64,000 bases of DNA, taken from contig JAQFVV010000006.1 in the NCBI GenBank assembly GCA_028023455.1, positions 11,842,001-11,906,000 on the forward strand, written 5' to 3'. A model generated the notes under the pieces. That model saw nothing but the letters and a program-made list of their open reading frames with translations, was not told the origin of the DNA and ran no database searches. This DNA comes from Epiperipatus broadwayi (taxonomy: Eukaryota; Animalia; Onychophora). Position 1 is the stretch's first letter, and each line of letters opens with the position of its first letter. The position numbers and the translations under genes are program-made. Positions 1 to 13,300 of the stretch are shown piece by piece.

Positions 1-49
1 GTGATGTAACTAGTGTTTTATTGATATTATTCAAAGGATTAAGTTTCTG

Positions 50-262
50 AAATGAAGCTGGATTAAATATATTGTTAGAAGAGATGATAAGTTTAGAATC
101 AGTCTTCAAGGAAGTGTAATAGACCTAGAAAGAGATCACTTATGAAATGGATGAATGAAATAAAAAAGTTTGTTGATGTAATATGGAGAAGAGAATGTAA
201 GGATCGGAGAAATTGGATCTTCACTTTCAGATCCATAATGGTTGGAAATGATGATAATGATG
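50..262 (+). mobile_element. RTE-clade LINE 3' end fragment
   Basis: Similar to the 3' ends of the copies at 35793 and 60430 (agaagagatgataa...gatgaatgaaataaaa), ending in an (atg)n-like tail. Confidence 0.6.
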
Positions 263-1219
263 AAGTGCATTAATATTACTGGAATTTTTTATTAATCTTA
301 TACAGTAACGCTTTTATTGTGCATGAATTTATTTGACAATTCATTCAAGGATTAGTAAGCCTGTTACACACAAATAGCTAACTTTGGAAAAATTCAATAA
401 ATCTTATTCCGGATTGATTTCAATGTTACCAGTTGTATTTGCAGTGCTAATAATGGTCCTGCTGTGATTTTCATTTGAAGCTCAAGGACTTTCAAGATCT
501 TGGTTTATCCAAATCCTTTGGGCCTTCTCTGTAAATTTTCTGCTCGGTAAAATACTGACCAGTTAAAGTTGTCTTACAGTGATTGGTTAAAGTTTGGTGC
601 CATCTTGGAAATGCCTAAATGTTGAGTCATGTCCTATGACAGTTTCTGTTTTCTTCTCCATGTTCTATCTTTATAACATTGCAAACTTATTTTATTTACA
701 TCAAAAATAAAATATAAATGTAATATTTAGTCAGAGTGTGGATATTATATTTAAAGGACTTTGTGGTGCATGCTATATTTTTGACATCAGTTCAAATCCT
801 GGTTTGATCAAGTTGATATTTTTTTCAAGTTTTAGTCAGGTTTAGGATTATTTTTTTAAGCACCCATAGCCAATCCACATGTTCATCCACCATTGTCCAG
901 TAAATGGCTATTTAGCTACTCTTAGCTAAAAATTAAAGGAAAAACCACGTAAATTCTCACTAGTTGTCAATCATTGGCAAATCTGATGAGTAATGCTTTT
1001 TTCAGCATTCCACTATGACTAAGTTTGTCCTGAGCAATTTATATATGAATATATAAAATTTAACTAAATTTATTAAAATTTAATTTTATTCTTTATTTTC
1101 TGTAAACATTGTGTATGTGTGTGTGTGTTTTTATTTCTCTACTATTATTAAATAAAATCAAAAAAAATTGACTTTAATAAAGAAAGATTTTTTTTTTAAT
1201 TTTCCCGTTATGTATATAG

Positions 1220-1360
1220 GAATCTCCTATCCACAAAGCTTTGTTCTGGGTTGCTTTGTCAGTATTACAGTTAGATGAAGTGACATTATATGCTTCTGGA
1301 TTAGCGTTATTGGAACAAAATCTTCATACATTAGATGGCATGTGTACTTTTGACAATCAG
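1220..1360 (+). CDS. NF1: NF1 coding exon (141 nt): [47 protein letters not shown]
   Basis: Acceptor tatatag at 1213-1219, donor gtattg at 1361; matches the NF1 motif HKALFWVA. Confidence 0.96.
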
Positions 1361-4300
1361 GTATTGGTGTTATTTACTCTTTTCTTTAATGATATTTTAA
1401 TTCTTATTTTTGTTGTAAATTGATGATTTAATGGAAGTAAAATACCCATATATTTTGATTTATTTTGATTAGATATATTTATTTAGAATTATTTTATTTG
1501 CTTTTTTTCAAAATTGATATACTGTTCATTCATAAAAATTAATATTATTTATTTAGCATATGGATATTTTATTTATTGTGATAAATACTATTACTATATA
1601 TAAAGAAGTATGTAGAGATTGCAGCTAGAAGATAGATTCACTAAAAGTTTTATTAAGTATCTGTCATTTTACCAGCTTGAATTTGGCAGTCATTAACTAT
1701 ATGATTTATGGTTGTGTTTGGCTACAACTAAATGGCTGTTATATCCATTCTGAAGCAGAGGAGTACAATGGACTGTGTGTGGTGTTGAATTTGTTGATGA
1801 GATGCCATTAATATCTACTTGGATCAAATTTAGCTAGATTAGGAAAAAGAAATTTATTTAGAACCTCACAGGAAGATCATTTTTTTATGCCATAATTTTT
1901 AAACTACTTGAAGAGATTTTTGGTTGACCAACCAGAATTGGTGATAATTTCTATAACTTTATAGTGAGTATAGTAAATAATACATTAGATTTGATCATTC
2001 CATTGTTTTTATACAAAGGAGAATTATCATGGAATTAAAATTGCCATTAGCATACAAATATAAATTGGATTTGTACATTGAAAAGTGTTTGTGTAGTGTC
2101 TGGATTTCAAGTGGCCACAACTTTTGATATCTCCATAGTAGAGTAATTTCATTTCTACTTAAATCGCGCAGTCTGACTCACTAAGAATTGTCACACCGTC
2201 CCCACCCTTCCCTACACAACTTGGAATGTGCAAAACATTGGCAAAGGGTAGCGCCGAATACGATTCGGTCGAGTTCATGTGGAAACTCAAGCCTTCGCTA
2301 GAAAATATACAAGACAAATAAAATGAACCCAGTACGGCAAGCAGATTTTCAAATTGTGCCAGTTACCGATGTCAATCAGACTCCTGTATTCGATTCTTAA
2401 AAATAAAATATTAAAGATGTAATAGAAAAAAATAAAAGGATCAAAAAAAGTAATCAATAGTAAAAGTTCTAAAGGGCAAAATAGAAATCGCGTAATACAA
2501 ATCGCCGTATAGCCAAAAAAAAGAAAGATGCCATATTTTAAAATGTTTTGATCTTATTGTAATTTTTTGGGGGGTGGTGGGTTGAAAGGATCCCAAAATG
2601 GAATTAATAGTAAAAGTTGTTTTTAAAAATGGCAAAATAGACATTGTGTAATACAAATCAAGCCCCCCTCCGCCCCCCCCCCCCAAAAAAAAAAACTCGC
2701 CATATAGTCAAAAAAAAAGAAAATGCGCCACTGTATTTTTTTTAAAAAAGAAAACGAAAGTTGAAAAAGTCAAAACTTTTGATCTTATTTTAATTGGGAT
2801 GGGGGGTGGGGTGGGGTGAGAAATACTTTTTTTCACTGAGACAAAAGTTAGAGACATGTTATTTTTTTTTTAAAAAAGGTAATAAATATCGGTTTTAAAA
2901 CTAAAAGTTTTACTATATCAGCCGTATACAAATAAAGCCCCCCCCAAAAAAAAAGAAATCGCCGTATAGCCCAAAAAAAGTCGCCGTATTTTAAAAAAGA
3001 AAACGAAAGTTGTTAAAAATCGCGGCCTGGTAACATTGCATTGTGTTGTTTTGCCTGGCAACAATTCCATCAAGCGGCCAAGCCCGGCTAAGTAATTAGT
3101 ACCGTTTAAGTGTCTTGCTTGGTTTAGTGCAGTGGTAGAATTTCAGGCTTTGGAATGTAAGGTCCTCGGATTGGTTCCAGTAATGGCACTCCGGCCTCAA
3201 ACTTCTTATGAACTCTCCTGGGCAATAAAGCCATTCAATTATTTATTTATTTTATTAGTTTTAAGTGAACTTTTTTTTTTTTTTGCTTAAGTTTATTTAT
3301 TTTTTTTTGTTGTTCACTTTTTTTTAATTGTAGGTTTTTCAGCAAATTTTAAAAAATATATTTATATTTGCCAATTATCCAATCGAGTTTTTATTTTATT
3401 TTTTTTAAATTAATGAGTATTATTTTTTAGGCTATTTTAAAAATATTTCGTTATATCGCACACTTGTACTTAGCTTACTTTTTTTGTCTCAAAAGTCAGT
3501 CTTTTCATTCATTATCCACATTTTTTCCAGAGAAGTTTTTATTTATTAAACTCGGCCTGAATTTTTTTTTTTTTTTTACAATTCTGTTTGTCTAGTGTTA
3601 ACCTGAAGCTGCTTTTTTTCTTTTATTTAAATGAAAAGTTTGATTTTGGTAGTTAATATATAATTTGGATGGAAGAAAATTACCTTTCACTCCTGTGCTA
3701 TATAAGTAGGCAACACTCCACGATAAAAAATGGTTTAAAGGAACAGGAGGCCACTCATTCTTAAAACCTTCTATTAAATAAACCAACATTCTTTGGCAGT
3801 GCTGGAAACAGAGTACTGGCAGTGAGTGAATAGAAAGCTTTAAGAATGAGTGGCCGTTCTTTTTTTAAAAATATTTAATAAGGTGGACTGCCGCCTACTC
3901 GTATTGCATGAGTGGATGATAGTTGAAAAAGTAAAGAATTTAATAGTGAATATCTTTAAATAATTTTTAATCATCAAATTCTAGTAAAATTATTAAAAAA
4001 ATAAATATTAAAACAATTTATTCATTTCTAAATAATTCTAGAATTTTAATTATAATCAAATATTAATGAATTATTATAAGTGAATATTTTTAGTCAATTA
4101 ATTATTCTCATTTATATTTAAAAATGTACTACCAAATGCTTTAAATGATTAAATTTCAATATTAAAATTTGTCCATAATGTTGTCCTTTATATTTAAACT
4201 TTAAAATAATCAATTTAAAACAAAATTGAAACAGGCAATTATCTAAATGATGTCCATTGGGAGGAGTTGCAATAAAATAGCTGGCCATGTGTTTTTGTAA

Positions 4301-7300
4301 GGTTCCATTAAGGAATGATAACTGGGTTGATGTATTAAATATTTTTTTTATTTTTAGGGAGTTGTCTCTTTCAATTTCATTTTAAATTGATTATTTTAAA
4401 GATTATTAAAAGATATATATTTGAAATGATGAAAGACATTTATTAATTATTAGCAACAGTTTAAAATAGTGAAATTATTTTCATATTTAACTTCCACATA
4501 TTTTATTAAAGAGCTTTTCTCCTCTTTTTTACATTTCTGTTAGAGTCTGGAGAAAGTTATGGTAGAAACAAGAGAACCTTTAGAATGGCACTTTAAGCAG
4601 CTAGATCATGCTATGGGTCTTAGTTTTAATACAAATTTTAATTTTGCTTTGGTTGGACATCTGCTCAAAGGTAATTTAAATTCTTTAAATGGCTATATAT
4701 ATATTTATATATTTGTGCAGATACTATATATATATATTGTAACCTAATATTTAACCTTTGGGTTAGATATATGTTTTAAAGCATTAAAATTTTTTATTAT
4801 TATTATATAAGATTATAATAAGTAAATTTCCTTATCTGTGCTATCATAATAAAAAATTTAAATTATATGTTTCAATAGTATAAGTTAAAGTAATTCATTT
4901 AGCTCAAATAGTTAGCAGTATTTAAGATTTGAAGTACAGGCATGCTTCACATACCTGGAGCTTAATTGTAAATATAGGGGATTTGAACACAGTCTTTCTA
5001 CATGTGTGTGGTCATGTGTATGAGTGGTATGAGATACTGTAGATAGTTGAAGGGTGCTTGAAAGTCTATGTTCAAATCCCCTATATTTAGCAGTATTTAA
5101 ACGATTATTTTAGATTGTTTAATATTTACTTGAAAGAATGAAATTCATATTTAAACTAAAGAAAAGTTTATCTAGAGCTCAGTATGCTTCAAATAGATTT
5201 GATAGATAAAATTGTTCTTTGCTTTCTGAAATGATTAGTTAATTTTGTTTGGATTTTAGTTGTTGATTTTTAAAATAAATAATTTTAAAAATAAAAATTA
5301 TGATTTATTAAATATCAATTTATATGAAAGTATTTAAAATTAGAATTTAAAAACAGTAAGTATAATTGACTGAGATTACTATTAATTTTTAATTGATTTG
5401 AAGTGTCAATTAATTTCTAATTTATTTTCATTGCATTAAAAAATGATTATATTTAATTAAAGTACACGTGTGTGTGTGTGTTAGAGCATGCATGTGAAAT
5501 ATTGAAAGTTAAAAAGACATATTCAAAGTTATAAGTGTATTTTAAAAATTGGGTACAGTCTATCAATTTTAAAATTATTAAAAAAATATATAAGCTTTTA
5601 AATAATGCAATTATAAGAGTAAAGAAAGAGTTTTTGAATAGAAAAAAATGTTAAGTTTGAAAGTCAGTTAATAATTTTATTAAATAATTGATTTGGTAAT
5701 TATTTAGTGTCGATAAAAATTGTTAATTAACGAGTTCATTTCTTATCTAGATTATTTGGATTTAAAATGTAAGGTCAAAGTCAGATCAATTAAAATACAA
5801 TAATGACTATTAATTTAAATATTACAATGCAGACCTGTAACTTATTGGATTAGTAGAAAGGCAATGCAGTATTGATGTTGGTGCATGGGTGGAGACAAAC
5901 GAAAACATACTAGTATAAAATAGACACAGTCAAATATTTAGACACTTCTTTACACTTCCCTTCATTTAATATTCATTTAAAATTCAAATTTTATTTTAGT
6001 TTTGAAGTAAATTGCTTGGTTTTTATTTGACTATTTATTTTAAGTCAATGTTAAAGTTTAAAGTTTTATTTTTACCATCTTCATGATAGTGTAAAGAACC
6101 AGTAAGTTATCCATGCAGTGTTTCTCCTAAATGTATAGTGTCAATTGACTTATTAAACAATAACTCTAAAAGATATTAAAGAAAATTCTAATATTTTTTT
6201 CAAAGAAGCCTAAGGAGAAATCACGTTAGGAAAAGTATATTGTTTCATCGTTACGGCATTAGTTAAATTCTGAACTTTGCTGCTAGTCTATCTCCGGCAT
6301 GTTTTAGCTAACTTTTAATTAGTCATTAATACTAATTATTTGCCACTAAAATAATCAACTTACTTATGTCAAGCTCATATATAAAACAATGAATTTTTAT
6401 AAAATTATTAAACTTATAACAAAAAAAGCATTGACAATTATTTAAAATTATAGTATAAAATTATTATAAAAGACAAATACGCATGTGAAAATTAAATTTC
6501 TAATGATCATAATGAAAGACTAGTATTAAAACAAATGATATAGGTATTCATCTCAAGTTTACTTATTCATCTAATTGTTTGAATATTTTGTTATTAAATT
6601 GCTAATTGCTCAAATATATTATTATTATATGTAAAAAGGAATAAGTAGAATTTAAATTTACCATAATCAACTTGTAAAGAAAAACTTCATAAATAGCAAT
6701 TTTAGATAAAGAATTCTCATTCTGTTCATGTCTCCTCTGATTATTGTTGCTATTAAAAAAATGCATTTTCAAAGAAACTATTTGCCATTGGAATCATTTG
6801 CTGTCAGTTCCTGTTACTTTATATGTATGAAATTATTGCAAACTTTTTTCCCCAAAATATTTCTGCATATATATATGTTGATATGAAGATTTTCCCGGGT
6901 TGCTCATATGAAAGACATATTTTGCGGGTTCATGCATGTTAAAAAATTTAAATATTGATATACCGACATTTTTACTTGATCACACAAGTCATCCACTGGG
7001 TGATAAAAAGTAGAAAGACGGTTGTAGAGGTGCTACAATCACTGATTTGAAAAAAACGTTAAAGTTCCACCAATAGCAAAAATGTTAAATTAAGATTGTT
7101 TTTTAAAAAAATCTTTCCAAATAGGAGGAAGTTTGCATGTTTCATCTCGCTTATTGATACAATCTGGCCTTTTAAGTATCTCAATGGCTTCTCTAATTTT
7201 GCACTGGTAGAGATTATCACATCTGGATATGATCCTGGTACTAGAAAAATCAATTTTATGACCTGAAGCTATAGTATAGAGTGAGAGTGCTGATGATGAT

Positions 7301-10300
7301 GAGTGTTGTTTAACTGCATTAGCATGCTCATCTCTCCTAACACTGATGCGATGATTCCTCGTACCTATGTAAGGAGCTTTACAATTTTCACATGAGATTT
7401 GATAAACACCATGGGATTCAAGAGGGATTGAATCCTTAGGCTTGGTTATTATATTGCTGATCTTTTGATGAGTAGAAAATGCTGTATCTATATTATAGTG
7501 TTTTAATATACATCCAATACTGTCTGTAGTTCCTTTTACATATGGAACACAAATCCTAATAGCTGATTTATCATCTTTTTGTTTCCTATTTTGTCCATTT
7601 TGGGCTTGAAATAAGGCTTTTTTTATAAATTTATAATTATAACTATTTGCTAATAAAACACTATTAATATGATTTATTTCTTCTTTCAGATGTGACTTAT
7701 CTGAAAGGTTAATTGCTCTATTTAAGAGAGTTTTGGCTACAGAAACTATCTGAGTTGGGTGATGATGAGAATGTAAATATCTGTCCATGTGTGTATTTTT
7801 TCTGTAAATCGAAAAAGATAAACTCTTTGGTGTTCTGGTGACTAGAACATCAAGGAAAGGGACTTTTCCATCATACTCTGTCTCCATTGTAAACTTAATA
7901 TGAGGATGCATATTATTTAAATGTAAGAAAAAATCATCCAATTTATTTTTTCCATGTTGCCATATGACAAAAGTGTCATCTATATATCTGAGCCAAATGA
8001 TAGGTTTTAAAGATGATGATTCTAAAGCACGAGTTTCTATATTTTCCATGAATAAATCAGCTATTACTCCTGAGATAGGTGAGCCCATAGGAGTACCAAA
8101 AACTTGTCTGTACATATGGTCTGGTAAATTGCAACGTTGTGAAATTATATTTAAAGCTTCATCAATTGGTATGTTTGTAAACAAAGACACGACATCAAAA
8201 CTGACCAGAATGTCATTAGCATTAATTTTAAAATTTTTTAAAACAAATAAAATGAAAAGAGAAAACTCTTTTCATTTTATTTCTGTTTTAAAAAATTTAT
8301 ATATTAAATTATAAATTAATAATTAAGCCACTGCAAAAAAGGGGATATATAAATTGTAAATTAAAAGTACCAATTATGCATAAGATGGCAAGTTTTAGAT
8401 CTTTTTTGTTTTGTAATGAAAAATTATGTCATTACCAAAGTGATAAACTGAAAAATATTGAGTTATTTGCCAAGGAATTGCTTGATGTTGGTTATAAAAT
8501 GGAATAAATAAGCAATACTTTATGTCAATTTAAAAAAAGTTATAATGGTTTAAAAGAAATGAAGATTAATAGTAAACAATGGATATCTATTCCATTTATT
8601 TCAAATCCACAAGTGAAATTTTTTAAGGATATATATAAGAATGTGTTTAATGTTTCAATCTATGTTCCAAACAATATTAATAAATTAGTCAATAGTTCTA
8701 AGAATGTCATACCTGTGAAACAGAAAAATAACGTCATATATCAAATTTTTTGTGATTGTATGCTATCATATATAGGTAAATCTAGGTGCAGTATTGAGAA
8801 GAGATTGAGGGAGCGTGAATTGTTATATATGCGTGTAAAAAGTAAAAATAATGGTGATTTAATGTCTCCTTAAGTTTTTTTTGATCATGAAAAAACATGT
8901 AAATATTAATTTAAATTTGATTTTGAAAATGTGAAAATTCTTTAACCATAATAAAAGAAAAATTAAGGAGGCAATTTTTATAAATAGGAATAAAATGCAT
9001 TTAATAAATAGACAAGCTTCTAACATTAAAATACGAGATTCGTGGGATTTGAATTGATAATGTTTGCTTCCGCTTTGTTTTTTTTTTTGAATTTAATGGC
9101 AGTTGAGGCAGGTTTAAGAAACTAACCAAAAGTACTTCTGCAGATTTAAGGATTGTTTATAATAGTTTATTACCATTAAAATTATTATTTTTATTATAAT
9201 TACAATTTTGTTTTAATTAACAGACATTTTATTTATATTATATATATATAATACCTGTATTGAATTAAATGTTGCCATGGATGGTTATTATAATAAAGAA
9301 TATAAACGAGGATATAATATCCATGTAAGCAGATAATTTTAATTTTTGATGTTGCAAGAAACTATACTAATTGACAATTCCTGAGACTAAACAAGTTTTC
9401 TTATTAATGTATAATAGCTTTTCTGTTGGTGTTTTTGGACCTCCTCTACTTTAATTAGCCAAAAACTCCAGCAAAAGAGCTATTATTGATTAATGAGAAA
9501 ACTTGTTTAGCCTTAAGGATTGTCAATTAGTAGTAATTAATAGCTTCTTGGCAACATCAAAAGTTAGTTATCTGTGTTTACGTGGATATTATTGTCTTGT
9601 TTATAATATATATGTATATGTAGAATCTCATTAATCTGGCTTTCTGTGATTCAACAATCTTTTCATTTAGATAAAATTATGAAAGCAATAACCTTACAGA
9701 CTTTATTATCTCTAAATACATAAAGCTTTTGTGAAATGTGTAGTAAAATGGGAATTTAAAAATAGATGAATGAAAGGAGGAGTGGGGCAATAATTCCGAA
9801 ATCAATTTGCAACAAGAAGTTTGCAACAATTTCTAAAACAAATTTTGATATAAAACAATGGGAGGGATAGATTAGATTGGATTAATAAATTTTTATCTAT
9901 ATGCTTATATAACAGTAAATTTCTACATATATGTGTAAACATATATTAAAATTGATACATATGAGAGGGTACTTAATTTAAAAAATCCCAAAATCGTTCT
10001 CTGATGAGCAGGCCCATAGCAATACATGCTTCTACCACTAGAGACCTCTTGTGAGGACTCTGCGTTAGTCTGCCAACTAGCGGCATCGAGTGAAGTCATT
10101 ATGCCATGTAGTAAATTTTTTTTATTAAGTCCATCCTTTATTCATCAATTTTTGTGATAGTCGAAAAGTTGGAATGTGTGAAATTTTGATTTCTGTTAGG
10201 GAAAATGGCAGGGGAAACAGTTATAATGTTTGAAACAGCCTACAATCAAGCTGCACCAGGGAAAACACAAGTTTACAAGTGGTTTAAAGAAAGGTTCAAA

Positions 10301-13300
10301 TTTACCACTTTTCAAAAACAAATGGTAATTGAAGCCAATATCAAGATGATGCTAATTCTTTTACTGATGCAAATAGCATTGATCACTCAGAATTCATTTA
10401 TAATGGTCAGGCATTTTATCTACAGTTTCTGAAATGTTGCGCAATATAGTAAAACGAAAATTTCTTGATTTGTGACAAAGTGGGCAGTGGAAGTTTCATC
10501 ATGACAACTCACCAGCACACCTAACGTTGAGTGTGAAACAATTTTTAATCAAAAACAACAAGATTAACTTATACATCAGCCGTATTCATCCAATCTCACT
10601 CCATGCAACTTCTTTTTCTTTCTCCAGATGAAAAAAAATGTCTCAAAAGAAAAATTTTTGCAGACTTGGAGGAAAAACAACAGATTTTTTAAAAGATATC
10701 ACTTTGCACGGGTTTCAGAACTGTTTGAAAAATGGAAAACACATTTATACCGGCACATAATATCAGATGCACTGAAGGAGATTCAATATGTAATACCTAA
10801 AAATAAATATACAATTTTTTGTTACAAAATTCCAGGTATAGACCTCGTATATATATCATCATACTTTTATTTTTAGTTTTCAGTCGAATGTAAATCCATT
10901 AATAACATCAGAGATTTATAATGAAGGCAATGCAAAACAGATACATTATCAAATTACTCTTAATAAAGAAAAGTGGACGGTCCTTGAAGACTTGGTAAAT
11001 AAATAGATTTTTGATCTTGCATCTAAAGTTTATTCAAGAGTTATGGAAACATATTTACTATGAACTATCAAATATGCTTATTTCCCAAAAATTGTTGTTA
11101 ATGCATACTTTATCTAGTTTATATACATGTATATGACCACTTGTGATGGTAATATTTAACAATTTGAATATTTTATATATAGTGTTACATTATTATCTGC
11201 CCATTCTATTTTAGGTTTTCGCCATCCAGCTCAGAACACTGTTTCACGGACCATTCGGGTACTCAACATGATTTTAACCATATTGGCTAAACCTCATAAG
11301 CGGTCAGTATAAATATATACATATGATTATATTATTTACTTATGTATCTCTTTCATTCTTTTATGTGTACATATTTACACACACACACAGAGTATACAGA
11401 AACAAATATTGTACATGCACAGTTTCTAAATGTGTTTGAGACTGAAAAGATAGTTGATAATTATTTGAAGTTATTTTTTTGATCGATAATAGTTACTACA
11501 TTGCAATCATTACTGAATTAATTAATGGTTAATAAGGATTAATATATTATGCATATGCATATAATGCAAATTATTAATATTATTAACTTTTTGTTTTTAT
11601 ATATATAATTATATGAGTATAAGCTGTTGGTTATTTTAACAGCTCATCTTTTAAGTCTAAATTTCATTTGTTAATGTTTGTGCTTATCTTAGTATTCATG
11701 ATAAATTAGCATGTAAATTCGGAAAGGCTGACAAGAAATTAATTTCTCTTTATCAAAACAAATATCTGTAATACTCTCATTTTATTTGAAAAAAAAGATC
11801 TTTATACCTAAATAAAACTCAACAAGATTTTCGTTTGCAAGATCAGAATTCACCTGCAAACACAGCCTTAAAAGTTGCCTAATTCCCATGAAGATTTGTA
11901 TTTAACTTTGCAATATCAAAATTAATATTAGAAAATTTTTTTTTGCTCTCTGAAAGTTTGCAAACTCTTGTAGTATGATGAAATAAAATTGATTTTAAAA
12001 AAGTAGTGTTATTATTTACCATATTTGATATCTAGATGAGCACATTTCACTTTAGCTCTCATCTCAGGCGCTAAAATGGACAATTGTTTGATGCTGGTGT
12101 TCCTATTTCTGTCATCTGGAATCACCATTTTAACATTGTTAGAATTAATAATGATTTTATCTTTTTAATGTCCTAAATTAGTGAACGTAATTTATTTCAC
12201 TGATTATAAGTGGATTTATTGTATGTCCAATTGTCAACCATTTAGGGATGCAAAAATATATTAACATTTTTTTTCATTGAACATTTTTCAGTTGGTGATT
12301 TGATTAAAATCTTCAGGCAATGTTATTTTCTATTTTTTGCCACATTCTATAACTCCACAAGAAAAAATTATGTTTACAAAGTGTATATATATCTACACAC
12401 ACACACATACTTGATCATTTATATTAAAGGGCTATAACTTATAATATGTGATATGAAATAATTTGTTAAACAATGCCAGAAAGTTCTCTGCATAGGAATA
12501 TGCTTAGTAGTTATTTTATCCAAGTTAAACATTCCCACCCTCAAAATCTTTAACATACCATAATAAATTCATCTATTTCTTATTTTTTATTTCCAAGTTA
12601 TTTTTTCAATCCTGGTTCATTTTCTTCCTATCTTAATTATCCCTTAATGAAAAAAAACTGTTTCATTATTTCCACTATTCTATCTTCATAATCTTCAGTT
12701 TTGTTATAATGTTTTAAATGTAAATTAGCGATCAGGCTAATGCACATGCGCTTTACAGATAACTATATGTAAATAATACTAACATTCTCAAACACAAGAT
12801 AAAGTCTTTAGAAAAGATAGAATGAATCCATCTAACTTTTCGACCCAAACGTTTAAGTATGGGCAAATCTTAAGTGTTTGGATATGAGAGTGTGACAATA
12901 TTAAACAGTCACTTTAAATTACTTTAATATGGTTGGATGAATGACGTGAAATTATTTAAAATTTACTACACATCATGTTTAATTTCAATCAATTATGACG
13001 TGTAGTAAATTTTAAATAATTTCGCAAGCGTCATTCATCCAACCATATTAAAGTAATTTAAAGTGACCGTTTAATATTGTCACACTCTCATATCCAAACA
13101 CTTAAGATTTGCCCATACTTAAATGTTTGGGTCGAAAAGTTAGATGGATTCATTCTATCTTTTCTAAAGACTTTATCTTGTGTTTGAGAATGTTAGTATT
13201 ATTTACGTATAGTTATCTGTAAAGCGCATGTGCATTAGCCTGATTGCTAATTTACATTTACAATTTATCAACATAGCGCTGTATAAATACTTAATTATAT

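Noticed and set aside
1-1219. Search for the preceding NF1 exon
   Set aside because: No matching coding segment found; it must lie upstream of the window.
10001-10030. CTGATGA near the mariner left end; similar hits at 47052 and 63566
   Set aside because: No helix II-GAAA or helix I pairing follows.
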